A stretch of 64,000 bases of DNA from Cladosporium halotolerans (Eukaryota): contig NW_027191453.1 of NCBI RefSeq assembly GCF_011745625.1, forward strand, positions 806,001 to 870,000, given 5' to 3'. How positions within the stretch are numbered: position 1 is the stretch's first letter; every line of letters begins with the position of its first letter. Shown here piece after piece: positions 12,297-23,381 of the stretch. The notes below the pieces were generated by a model. The model was not told the origin of the DNA, made no database searches, and saw only the letters and a list, made by a program, of their open reading frames with translations. Position numbers and translations under genes: made by a program.

Positions 12297-12881
12297 ATGC
12301 CTCAATTCCGCATGGGTAGCACCGTCGACCGGCTCGACCGGCCCAGTTCATACGCTATGTCTAAGGCACGCTCATCCTCGCACCACCAGCAACCGCGCGC
12401 AGCTCACTAACAATCCCACCAACAGTACAAGCGCAAGCGCCGCCACAGCAACTCCGAGCGCGCGCCCTCTCCCGACCCCATGGATAAGCTTGCGAACGCT
12501 ACAACTCTGTACGTTGGTAACCTCTCCTTCTACACCACCGAGGAGCAAATCCACGAGCTTTTTGGCAAATGTGGCGGCATCAAGCGTCTTATTATGGGGC
12601 TGGATCGTTTCCACAAGACGCCTTGCGGCTTTTGCTTCGTCGAGTACTACACGCACCAGGATGCATTGGACTGTATGAAATATGTCGGCGGGACGAAGCT
12701 GGACGAGCGCATTATCCGCTGCGACTTGGACGAGGGTTTTGCCGAGGGCAGGCAGTATGGTAGGGGCAAGAGCGGTGGACAAGTCAGAGATGAATACCGC
12801 GAAGAATTCGATCCCGGCCGAGGTGGCTTCGGCAAGAAGATCATGGAGGAGAGGGAGAGATATGCGGACGAATACGACTAA
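12297..12881 (+). CDS. CBC2: Nuclear cap-binding protein subunit 2 (CBP20); exons 12297-12365 and 12426-12881 with a GC-AG intron
   Basis: [23 protein letters not shown]...[18 protein letters not shown] and [18 protein letters not shown]. The upstream exon encodes the conserved [11 protein letters not shown]. Confidence 0.95.
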
Positions 12882-13166
12882 GGCGGCTTTGATCTAGAAG
12901 CTATGGTTGAGTGAATGAGGCGTTTTCTGGCGCGACAGACTGGTTTCTGCGGATTTGGGAGGGTTCTTATACCAGGTGCGGCCTCAAGCGTGGCCTCTGA
13001 GCTTGCCAAAATCGAAAGGCATGACTGTATGGCTTTGATCTCTGTCATTATACAGCAGCGCTATACCTAGGAACGGTAGCTGTATTCTCTATACTTGCGC
13101 TTGAACGCATACCAGTGTTTCCACGAACGCCTATAACCTGCTATGCTCAATCTGACATCCTTTCCT

Positions 13167-13973
13167 CTACGCCGCCTTTGCAGCCTTGATGACCTCCTCC
13201 ATCCACCACGCATGGATCCTTTCATCCCCAGTCAACTCCGGGTGGAAAGCCGCGCCAAAAACATTACCCTGCCTCACAGCAACAATGTCGCCATCCTCCC
13301 CAAGATCCTCCGCAGTAGTCGTCTGATCCCTCAGCGCCTTCGCCCTCCCAGGCAGCCTACCCATAATCTCCACCTCCGCCTTCTGCGCCCTCCTCGCCGG
13401 CGCAACCACCGTCCCCTCACCCTCCTCAACACCCTCCCCACCAACCCCAAGGACCTTCTCCACAACCGGCGCCCTGATAAAAACCGAGTGAAACGGCTCC
13501 TGCCCCTCCAAAAACTTCAATCTCAGCCCCGCCTCGAAACTCTCCACCTGCCTGCCGAAATAGTTCCTCTGCACCCGCACGTCCAAGCCTCCGATAAGCT
13601 CCTGGCCCGTCGCTTTGGACTTGTTCGCGCTCTCCGCGAGCAGGATCAGGCCCGCGCACGTGCCCCAGACCGGCCGCCGCTGGACTTTGACGAACTCGCG
13701 CAGGGGCTCGAGCAGGCCGCAGCGCTCGGCGATAAGGCTGATGGCTGTGCTTTCGCCGCCGGGGAGGATGAGGCCGGTGCAGGAGGCGAGTTCGGAGGGC
13801 GTGCGGACTTCGATGAAGGAGAGGGGTGTTCCGGGGTGTTTGGAGGTGACGGTGGCGGCGGCGCGTTGGAGGAGGGTGATGTGTTCGATGAAAGCGCCTT
13901 GGAGGGCTAGGACGCCGATTGTGATTGGAGTTTGTGCGGGGCCATTTGCCGGAGTGGCTGCGTCGGGCTGCAT
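13167..13973 (-). CDS. PDX2: Pyridoxal 5'-phosphate synthase glutaminase subunit (SNO/PdxT)
   Basis: Motifs GVLALQGAFIEH, LILPGGEST, WGTCAGLILL, RNYFGRQVESF, FIRAP and FHPEL (Cys-His-Glu triad). Confidence 0.96.
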   Translation of the reverse strand: MQPDAATPANGPAQTPITIGVLALQGAFIEHITLLQRAAATVTSKHPGTPLSFIEVRTPSELASCTGLILPGGESTAISLIAERCGLLEPLREFVKVQRRPVWGTCAGLILLAESANKSKATGQELIGGLDVRVQRNYFGRQVESFEAGLRLKFLEGQEPFHSVFIRAPVVEKVLGVGGEGVEEGEGTVVAPARRAQKAEVEIMGRLPGRAKALRDQTTTAEDLGEDGDIVAVRQGNVFGAAFHPELTGDERIHAWWMEEVIKAAKAA

Positions 13974-15011
13974 TTTTGTGATTTTGTTTTGAGTATATTG
14001 AGACGATTTACTTGGCTTGGTGATCTGGGCCCTTTGCGGGATCTTCGATGTGCGTGGCGAGTCAAGGGTGGGTGTTATTGCTGTGGGTAACGACTGGCTA
14101 TGCGATTCTGAGTTCCTTCCTCAAAGGCGGCAAGATGGTGATCCTGTACGATGTACGATGTGTCACAGCTCTTGCTCATTCACACAGAAGAGTGGTGGTA
14201 ACAAGAATATTGATAACAAAGTTATGACGCATCGGGATTGACCGGGGCTCAAAGTCTATGTACGCCGCAGGGACACGAGGGCTCCAAAAGTCTGTGGCAT
14301 ATCAGATCCGGAAAAGGCCGCTTGATCGTTCGAACCGATAGATTTTGACAGATGAGTAGCTAGGTCTGAAGGTCTGAGAGAGCGTGTAAGGTATTCCAAG
14401 CAATATATCCGTGTTGTATGTAATTTCAAAGTCACCCATTGGGAAACGTTTCATCGCTTTGCCACAAAATTTAGCACAAGGACCGACCGTCGATGTGCCG
14501 ACGACTTGCGCAGCGGACCCTTCCCCTTTGCACTGTCGCTGCGGATCATTTGCTTGCCATTCCATTGACGAGATACATTCGATCTCAATGACGACTTCAG
14601 TCCCGACCGAAGAGAATGACCAGTTGGTCAGAACATTAATGCGCCAAAACATTAATCGCCAGGACGCTCATAATCTGTCCCTGAATCACATGCTCAGAAC
14701 TCTCGAATTTGAAGATGCTGACAGTAAACGAGCATCCTCCGTCTCAACGGCCACTAGCTTGATGCGAAAATCGCACAGGATCTGCAACCTTTAGCAGTGG
14801 GTGACAGGTCCGCGACATCATCTATGTTGATACAGGGGACTATGCCACGCGCCATCAGATAACGGCTCTTAATAATCCCGGAGCGAGGATGCCCGGCTCC
14901 CCGGCTCATGCAACATGTGCTTCCTTTTCCCATAGAGAAGGCTGCGTCAGCTATTCTTAACACTTGCTCCAATTCTGGGTATCTAATTTGAGAACTGTTC
15001 ATCAGGAAACC

Positions 15012-16574
15012 ATGGATTCAAACTGGATTGCATATCAACCCAACGATCACCGCGGTACCGCCACGAACAAGAGGACCAGGAAACAAGTCAAATCCGCAGT
15101 CTCGAAGAATGTCCACGCTGCCAGGAGAGCAAAGTTGCGAGCGGAGCTGGAAGAGAAGCAGGCGAAGATGGAGTCAGTAGCCGCTGTAGTCCCGGCCTCT
15201 TCCATCGAGCAAAGTTTGTCAATCGCCATGAGGCCAACATTCGAACATTGCTGATGCCATTGGCCCCGCAGTGATTGGAAACCATGCCCTGGCGAGCTCG
15301 ACTGACCAAGCATTCCTCTGGGCACGAATACTCTACAATCCCGATCTCCACGCAGTGTCCCTATTCGCCCTCTCCACGGACGTGAACCTCTTAGGACTTG
15401 CTGGTAGATCTGGACCAGGTCGACCATGTGCCCTGCTGTTTCGCGGCCAAGCCTTGTTGTGTATCCAAAAAGTCTCGAAGTCGCCCCAACTATCTTACAC
15501 TAGAAATGGAACCTCGACGTTCACATTGTGCCTGCGCGTCTTGGCTGCGTGGGAAAAGGTCGAGCAAAATTTCTTCATGACGTTCTCTCTGCAGTTGCTC
15601 ATACATCCCAGGTCTACGGGAGTGACGCCGCATACGCCGCCCACACATCAGCTCTGCGCAATGTCGAAACAAATGAGGCTAGCTCAGACGGTGTTGATGA
15701 AAGACACATGATCACAGTAATGGAACACGTCGTCAGCACGATCCGCAAGCGATTCGACGACCTACCCAGGCTCATCTCCTCAGACGGCCAACTAGCCATC
15801 GCGCCACACCTAGACCAGATGTCGACTCGCCCCAGCGGATCTTTGGCTCTAAAAACACCCACCTTCGAAATGTTCAATCACTCCCGCTCCGAAACCAGAT
15901 CCTTACTCTTCCTCCTCTCCCGCCTCGCAAGCTACGACTTCAAGAGCCCCAAAGCCTGGCCCGCACTGCACGAAATGTGCCTGCTGATGTTCGCCTGGCG
16001 CCCCAAAAGTCGCCCACCAGGAAGCTGGAAACTCCTCGACAGCGCCAACGACCTCGAAGATCTAGCGCTATACCACTTGCGTGCCGGAATGGTGTCAATC
16101 CTAGGAACGTTGTAAGTCGCCCCGTTCTCGCCACCAGCACATCACGACCGCTGACCGAAACCCTTACCCCACAGCACCTTCGCCATCGGCACCGCGACCC
16201 GCGACGATGGGTACTTCCACGCTTCGGACGCGATGGACATCCACTACACGGAAATGCTCGGCTTGGAGACCGAAAACCTCACCGGCACGCGCTACGCCGA
16301 GCCCGCGCTCTGGGCGATTTTCATGGTGACGACGGCTGCGACGCCGCGGCTGCGCACGCCGCGGAGTCTGAATCTGATCCGCACGCTGCTGCGATGCGCG
16401 GGTGTTGAAAGTTTTGAGGGGCTGGAGAGTGTGCTGAGGAAGTATACGTACCGCGAGTTCGTGCATCGGAGTCTGGCGTGGGAGCTGTATCAGGCGGTGA
16501 ATGAGAGTGGGCCGAGTTATGGGAGTGGGGGGTTGAGGGAGCTGGAGATTTCACTGGCGGATTTGATGATATGA
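15012..16574 (+). CDS. Hypothetical fungal protein; 4 exons (15012-15213, 15272-15558, 15612-16111, 16175-16574)
   Basis: Three phase-compatible GT-AG introns join four ORF-track fragments into one frame. The basic N-terminal RKQVKSAVSKNVHAARR segment resembles the N-termini of fungal transcription-factor-associated helical proteins. Confidence 0.7.
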
Positions 16575-17182
16575 AAACGAAGGTTCAGGCTGGCATCTTC
16601 TTGGTTGCTGTGGAGGCGCCATACGACAGTGGCCGTGCCGCAGGGACGTGGCCTTGTTCCCGCAACTGGGTCGTCAATGCCAGTCGAAGTCAAACACCGA
16701 TTTTCTGGCCATACTGGTGTGACACTGTGCCGGACTGCCAGGCAGTTTTTTCAAGTCGTCACAGCAAGGCATTCTATGCAATCCATTAAGTCGGGAAGGC
16801 GATGGCATTTAATTGCTCCCTTCGCACTCTCGAGGGGATATGGATCAGCCCAGGCAGCACCGGATGAAGCCTTTTTGCTGTGCACATCGCCAGACAGACC
16901 ATCTTCCAAGACCTCGGTCACACGAAAATGGCGCCAATCTGCATGCAAGACGCCACAAGCGAGACGCGCTAAGCACGATCAGGCGGCATCCAGTATGCGC
17001 TGGCGGGGGATCCTCAGCCTCATTGCTGAAGATCCTCTGATGCCTTTACCTCTCTACTCGAAGTGCATGAGGACGTGATCCCAAGACGTGAGGCAAAGCG
17101 TCACGAAGGGCCATCTTTACCAGCATCTGCTAGTACCTTATTCTCCGTCCCGCCTAAGCGCCGGCGCGGGCGCCTGCTCGAC

Positions 17183-19783
17183 ATGGCCGCCGAGGGGTCG
17201 TCCTGGAGAACCGTCTCTGTCGCAGACAGCGCTCGTGCGCATTTGGGCCATAATTTCAGTGGGTTCCACGGCATTTTCGAGGTTTCCTGGAAATGCGAGG
17301 GCTTGGATGGCAGACGGCGCTGACAGCTACATGTGCATGTAGATCAATACGAGGCGAATCTCTCGGGCCAATTCCATGCGCTGACGGTCCAGGGCGACCA
17401 GCACAATTACTTGTGAGATTTTTGTTGTTGCCAGTCGCAGTGCATGAGTGAGATGCTTGAAGCTGACGTGAAAGTAATATCCAGTGGCGAAGGCCCTTCG
17501 CGCACCACCAACGCTCAGCCAGGGCGATGCTTCTCCGTGCCCGTCAGCAATGTGCCGAGCTATACGGAGAGGCCGCACTTGTCAAGAGAGCTGGAAGAGA
17601 AGTTGAAGAAATCGTACGGTGGAAACCCAGTAGCGCATGCTGTCGTGGTGGTTGGGCTAGGCGGCACTGGCAAGACGCAGTTGGTGCGGCGCTATATCGA
17701 ACATCACGAGGGAGAGTACTGCGCGGTTCTCTGGATCGATGTAAGGGACCAGAAGACGGCGAGAGCGAGCTACGTGCGATGCGCCGCTGAGCTGGGGTTG
17801 CCGTGCCAGCCTTCGGCGAGAGACGCGCCGGTGCAGCAGGAGCCTTCTGTTCAGGCGGTGCTGGCTCGGTTGCGGAGTGAGGATGGGGAGAAAGGGTGGT
17901 TGGCGGTCGTGGACAACGCGGACGATCTGTCGTGGAACGTGAGCGCGCTTGTGCCGAAGGGCAAAGCGGGGACGGTGATTGTGACGAGTCAGGATGGGAA
18001 TGCCTCGCGACTTTTTGGTGGACATGTTGCAGCTGTGAACGTAGACGCCATGGAGCCCGCGGAGGCGGTGAAGCTGATGTCCGACAGCATCGACGAGGCG
18101 GGATGCCTTCGGGACAACGGTCTGCAATTGCTGAACAGGATCACCGAAGAACTTGACCGATTGGCACTTGCGATCGATCTGGCCGCAGCCCAGATCCGGG
18201 CTGATCTGCTGAGTTCCGGAGGCGATGTTTACGAGGAGGCCGTTGTGGTGGATGCGCTCAATCGGTATATTTCTGACTACCAACGGAACCGAGAGCGCCT
18301 GCTGCGCGACGACGAGTTCGCGTACACGGCTACGTACAAGAAAACCGTGCGGACAGTGTGGGACACAAGTCTGGCGTCGATTCGACGAGTCGAGGAGCGG
18401 CAGCCGGGGGTCTATCCCATCGACCTGCTCAACTTCATGACATACTTCAATCGAGCGAACGTGCAGAACGAGCTCTTCCGACTCGCCAGTCTTGGCTTGG
18501 AAATAGGCTGCCGTCGAACACGAGCGGTCGTCCCGCCGTGGCTGCAGAGCCTCCTTTCTCGGGACGAAAATGACAACTGGGACGACCACACGTATCGGAA
18601 GACCGTGGAGGTGTTGGTACGGTACAGGCTCGTCCGGCCTGTGTCGGGGACTTGGCGAGGATTGACTATGCACGGGCTCGTGCAGTGGTGGGCAACACGG
18701 GAGCTGGACTCGCAGGAGTATTGGCCGGCGTACCTCACGTTTCTGGTTGCGGTCTGTTGCTGGGTGACCTCACACACCGACAACATGATATTTCGACGGC
18801 ACCTGACGGTTCACTTACCTTCTAGCGGGTCGCTGCTGAGTCAACGGCTGAGGCTCCTAACTGAATATTCGCTCGCTCAGGTGTGTATAGAATTCAGCAT
18901 CGTCTGGGCGCAGGAATTCAGAAACAGTGAAGCAACGCAGCTGCTAGAGGGAGCGGTGGAAATCTTGAAGACATGCATTGGTGAGAAAGACCCGATGACG
19001 CTTTGTGTCATGAATACACTCGCTCTAGCATACCATTCTATGGGCCGCTGGAATATTGCCAAGGATGTAATCGAATTCGTGATCCTGAACCAGGAAGAGA
19101 TCTTGGGCGTCAGTGGTCAAGATACACTGACCAGCAAAGAGACCCTAGCTAAGGTTTTGCTACGGCAAGGCAATGCTCCCGGCGCACTGGCTCTCGAGAA
19201 GGATGTATTGCGTGCCCGGAAGGAAGCGGTAGGGGAGGATCACCCTGACGTCCTGAGCAGCATCCAGATCATGGCGGCAATTCACGAGGAACTAGGGCAG
19301 CCCAAGAAAGCGGCAATGTTCAGGACGCAAGCCGTGGATCTACAGAGAAGACTTCATGGCGATGAGTCTAAAGGCAGAGTCATCATCGCAAGGGAGATGG
19401 CAAGAGTGTTTTCAGATCAAGGCAGGTGGAAGGAGGCAGAAGATGTCTACACGGAGGCAATTGCGGCAACGACCGAGATAGTCGGAGACTATCACCCGGA
19501 AACGCTGAGAATGTTGGTGGGCCTAGCACTGACATACTCGAGGCAAGAGCGGCGGAAGGAGGCGAGCGACTTGATGGGAGAAGTTGTGGAAAGAGCCTTA
19601 AGCTCGCTTGGAATTGAGAATTCATTCACGTTGGCCACCGTGAATCTCCTGGCACAGGTGATGTCCAAGCAAGGGCGCTGGGAGGAGGCGAAAGTGCTGC
19701 AAGTTAAGGTAGCAGAGGCGAGGTCGACGTTACGGGGAGAGAAGCACCCGAGCACGATCGAAGATTATGTTGACCTTGCCTAG
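17183..19783 (+). CDS. Fungal NLR (STAND NB-ARC + TPR) with N-terminal HET-s-like amyloid motif; exons 17183-17258, 17343-17412, 17485-19783
   Basis: P-loop GLGGTGKTQL, Walker B WLAVVDNADD, VIVTS, LALAIDLAAA, MHGLVQ and kinesin-light-chain-type TPRs (GEDHPDVL, GDYHPETL, GRWEEA). Two phase-compatible introns (GTGGGT..GCTGAC..TAG; GTGAGA..GCTGAC..CAG) add the N-terminus MAAEGSSWRTVSVADSARAHLGHNFNQYEANLSGQFHALTVQGDQHNYFG. Confidence 0.88.
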
Positions 19784-20193
19784 ATTAAGGTGGTCTTTGT
19801 CTGAAGCGAGAGGGCTCTCCGCAAAGGAATGAGAGGCAAAGGCACGGGCAACGTGACTGGGTGGCGAGGCATCAAATCGATACACCTCTTCCGCCTTCCG
19901 CCTTTACTCTGAGAACAAATACCGCGCGAAAGTGGTTCTTTGAAACGACCCTACAGTCACGCCGTGGAATCAATCAACCAAACCCTACATCGTCTGGGTC
20001 TGTCATTCGTTCGCAATACCTGCATCCGCCGTGCCTTCTTCCTTGTTCCGAACGCCCAACGCTTGCTGCTGCGAACAGGCCAAGCGCAACTTTTGACATT
20101 ACTCGGACAGACCGATCGCATCCTCTGGTGATCATACTTGCGCAAGAATGATAGTTTCGAAATGGGTCTAGTTGCATAATGGCTCGTCGGAGT

Positions 20194-20359
20194 CTAAGGT
20201 AAATGGCCAGATTGTCCCTTGCGATCGTGTTGGAAAGCACTAGGCCCTGTCTGATTGACAAATGCCTTCAATCCCAGCCTGAGGTACATGGCCAAACTGA
20301 CCCTCTGCGATCGAGTTGAAAAGCACTAGGCCCCGTCCGATTGACAAATGTCTCCAATG
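20194..20359 (+). repeat. Imperfect tandem duplication, 2 x ~85-86 bp
   Basis: The unit ctaaggtaaatggccag...gcgatcgtgttggaaagcactaggccctgtctgattgacaaatg at 20194 is repeated as ctgaggtacatggccaa...gcgatcgagttgaaaagcactaggccccgtccgattgacaaatg at 20279. Confidence 0.85.
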
Positions 20360-21448
20360 GCATCGCTCCTCGTCCAAGAACAACCACTTTCCTTACGTCA
20401 GGCGGATCGGCTTCTGCAAATGTACAACATGGCTAGCGCTGGATGAGATCAGCACTCGGAACGGCTGACGTCTAAGATGTAGGCTTCAGCCGTGCAGGTG
20501 GGCTTTCACCCCGGTGATGATATCTCGATCGGTCTCACATTAATACGAAGATCTGTAGACAGGCAGTAGCGGCTGCGACAGCGCGGGCTGGTGTCGATGA
20601 GCGCGATGTGACATCCCCTGCCGGGCTGGTATTCTGGTCGGATATGTCTATCATGAGCGTTCGTATAGGCGAAAGGAGCGCTCGTGACCGTGATGACGTC
20701 CAGGACCAACCATGCCGTTTTCAGACGGAGGAATACGGGCGGCAGATCGCTGGGGATGCAGTCAATGACATGCGCGAGGGCGTGGGCGCAGGGTGGTATC
20801 AATGAGACATGGACGTTGGAGAGCCGAAGCGGGGAGTTCGCGAATGGCTTGAGCAAGCAACGCCCTGCGCGGGTGAAGACCAATGCGCGCGCTGGACGAC
20901 GGCGGAACGGGCGGTAGCGCATACGGCGTGAGGATGGGGCGCCGAGAATAGGCACAACCCGCCCTGCCGCATGTCGATCCAGCAGCCGACCCGGGGTGGT
21001 TTGCGCGCAGTTGCGCTGGCCAGCGCTGTCGATGCGAGATCCAGACGCTGTGATGCCTGTCAGCACGCTGCATCCCTCGATCGTCCGGTGCGTGTTGGGC
21101 CCTAGGAGTTTAGGGATGGTCTAGCAAGACGGCAAGGACGGCAGCACGCACTGCGCTCCGTACTGCGCCTGTGCGATAAGAATAACAACGTCCGCCTGCC
21201 TCGCATCCCACTGCTGCACCGCCGTCTCACGTTATCCGTCTCACCGTGTTCGTCTCACGCCGCAGGCCCATACAGGAGACAGGCCCACTGCCGAAACGCA
21301 CCCCAGCAACGCCTGCGCCCGCCTGCGCCCGCCTGCGCCTATCTCTGCTATACTTGGCACAGCGCCCAAGGCCCGCGTCTATTAGACTGCTCCGCCCCGG
21401 CTTTCGCATGTCCTCACGCGCCGGCCAGCCCAGCGCTCTCCTCCCACC

Positions 21449-22624
21449 ATGTTGATCGACACCACCCTCAGCGCCATGGTCCATGGACTGCCCACGCCGC
21501 CCGACAGCGCTGGCAGCAGCAGCTCTGGCGCGCCCACCGTCACAACATGGCTCATGGACACCCGCACCATGTGGCCCGGCGACAACATCTTCTCCGCCGA
21601 CGGCGCCGCCAAGGCCATGGCCCTCGTCTCGACCGCCGAGCAGACGGTCATCACCTCGAAAATGTTCATCGCCGACGCCCGCATGAGCCTGGCCTCCGCC
21701 CTGCTCAAGCGCCTGTTTATCAGCAAGACTCTCGGCATCCCGTGGAAAGAGGTGAACATCGGAAGGAAGGGAGACCCCAAACACGGCAAGCCCTGCGCCG
21801 TCGACTCCTCCAACGTCCCCATAGACGGCATTGACTTTAACATCTCTCACCAGAACGGTCTGGTTGCTCTGATCGGTTTCGACGGAAGGAACCACGGACC
21901 ACCTCGGACATTCAACAACCCTCTCGGCTACCCTTCGCCCGGCGCCGCAGTCAGCGACCAGGTCACCGTCGGCGTGGACATTGTCTGCGTCAACGAGCGC
22001 GACGACTACCGCACCATTGAGGAGGAGGGCCTGGACGGCTGGGTCGACATCTACGACATCATTTTCAGCGACGAGGAGCGCTGGAGCATGAAGTACGACG
22101 TCGACTATGTTACCCAGCTGGACGGCACACACCTGACCGCTGAGGACCTCGGCCGCCACGACCGCTGTATCGCTCGTAACAAAAACCTCCTCTTCCGCAC
22201 ACCCAGCGGCAACCAGGTCTCTCTCAACTCCGAGCAGCTGATCGAGGCCAAGCTCCGCCGCTTTTACACATACTTCTGCTACAAGGAGGCCTTCATCAAG
22301 CTGTCCGGTGAGGCTCTTCTGGCACCCTGGATCAAGTGTCTTGAATTCTTCGGCGTGCGCTCTCCCAAACCTGGCGTCCAGGCCCGCTGCTCCACCCACG
22401 GCACCTGGGGCGAGGAAGTCGAGGATGTCGAGGTGCACCTGCACAAGAAGGAAGTCAGCGATGTGAAGATGAAGATCCAGGCTTTCGAAGAAGACTTCAT
22501 GATCTCCACTGCCATGCAAGGCGACGTCGAGGGCTTGAAGGTCCCCGGCTTCACCACTCTGGACCTGAACGGCGATGTCATGAACTACGCCGAGAACAAC
22601 CTTAACATCAAGCAGAAGCCTTGA
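21449..22624 (+). CDS. PPT1: Sfp-type 4'-phosphopantetheinyl transferase (NpgA/Ppt1/Lys5 family)
   Basis: Motifs DARMSLASALLKR, HGKP, FNISHQNGLVAL, VGVDIVCVNER and FY.YFCYKEAFIKLSGEALLA. The start could alternatively be the second Met (MVHGLPTPP). Confidence 0.92.
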   Translation: MLIDTTLSAMVHGLPTPPDSAGSSSSGAPTVTTWLMDTRTMWPGDNIFSADGAAKAMALVSTAEQTVITSKMFIADARMSLASALLKRLFISKTLGIPWKEVNIGRKGDPKHGKPCAVDSSNVPIDGIDFNISHQNGLVALIGFDGRNHGPPRTFNNPLGYPSPGAAVSDQVTVGVDIVCVNERDDYRTIEEEGLDGWVDIYDIIFSDEERWSMKYDVDYVTQLDGTHLTAEDLGRHDRCIARNKNLLFRTPSGNQVSLNSEQLIEAKLRRFYTYFCYKEAFIKLSGEALLAPWIKCLEFFGVRSPKPGVQARCSTHGTWGEEVEDVEVHLHKKEVSDVKMKIQAFEEDFMISTAMQGDVEGLKVPGFTTLDLNGDVMNYAENNLNIKQKP

Positions 22625-22937
22625 ACCACTCGCCACAGTAGAACCTCGTGCAATCCACTGCACTGGTTCCTCGCGCACACAAACAAACCAAGACTGGATC
22701 CCGTCAGACGACATATGCGTCTAGCCACACCATCCCCTAGTGTCTAGTACTTCGCCGAGAGCTCGCGAAGTCCGAGCCGGCTCACAAAGAAGACGCACAC
22801 ATGAGACAGCGCATGTCTCAGTCACCTCGACGCCGCAGGCACGACAGTGAAGTCCACCTGCCGCGCAGACGGTGCAAAGCGCTCAGCGCTCGCACTTCAT
22901 CCTGCGCTTGACGACACCGGACCGCGCAAAAAGCACA

Positions 22938-23381
22938 ATGTCGCCACCACAGGAGTCCCCCACCAGCCTGCTCGACCGGACAATCCGCAACCTCGAGCAA
23001 GCGCAAAGCTCCACCCGGCAACACGCAACAGCGCGCGACGTCCTGCGCCCAGCCAGCGACGCAGAAGACCCTCCCGCAGCCTCAGCCATGGCCAGCCCAC
23101 CAGCCCCCACAAACCTAACAACCGACTTAATACGCTCCACCGCCCTCCTTCACAACCTGCGCGCTCGCAACGCGATCCTATCCGCCGACCTCGCTCGTGC
23201 CTCAGACTCCATGGCTCAGCGCGAGAGCAAAGCGGATGCAGCGAAGCGCTGCAAGACGAGGTGGGCGGTCACGGCGCTGTGCTCGTTTGGGTTGTGGGCG
23301 GTTTATCTGGTTTGGTGCTGGTATATGAGGGTCGAATTTGAGTATATTCGGCGGAGGAGGGGGGAGATGTTTGGGTTGTGA
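22938..23381 (+). CDS. Hypothetical coiled-coil protein with a near-C-terminal transmembrane helix (tail-anchored-like)
   Basis: ATG in cacaATG context. A heptad-like segment (LLHNLRARNAILSADLARAS) is followed by hydrophobic WAVTALCSFGLWAVYLVWCWY and a basic tail (EFEYIRRRR). Confidence 0.6.
   Translation: MSPPQESPTSLLDRTIRNLEQAQSSTRQHATARDVLRPASDAEDPPAASAMASPPAPTNLTTDLIRSTALLHNLRARNAILSADLARASDSMAQRESKADAAKRCKTRWAVTALCSFGLWAVYLVWCWYMRVEFEYIRRRRGEMFGL

Noticed and set aside
14302..14794. Short ORFs between PDX2 and the hypothetical gene as a possible HeLo/HET effector relic
   Set aside because: No HeLo-like N-terminal helix or HRAM repeats are visible in the translated ORFs.
17444..17484. 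ATG at 17444 as the NLR start
   Set aside because: It lies inside a well-formed intron (17413-17484, with GTGAGA donor, GCTGAC branch and CAG acceptor). The upstream exons give a more meaningful N-terminus.
21227..22714. 495-aa antisense ORF over the PPTase, and similar long antisense ORFs at 9227-10243, 13143-13910, 17657-18673, 30185-31282, 36343-37188 and 57630-58763
   Set aside because: These are shadow ORFs caused by high GC at third codon positions of the real genes on the opposite strand. They have no recognisable motifs.
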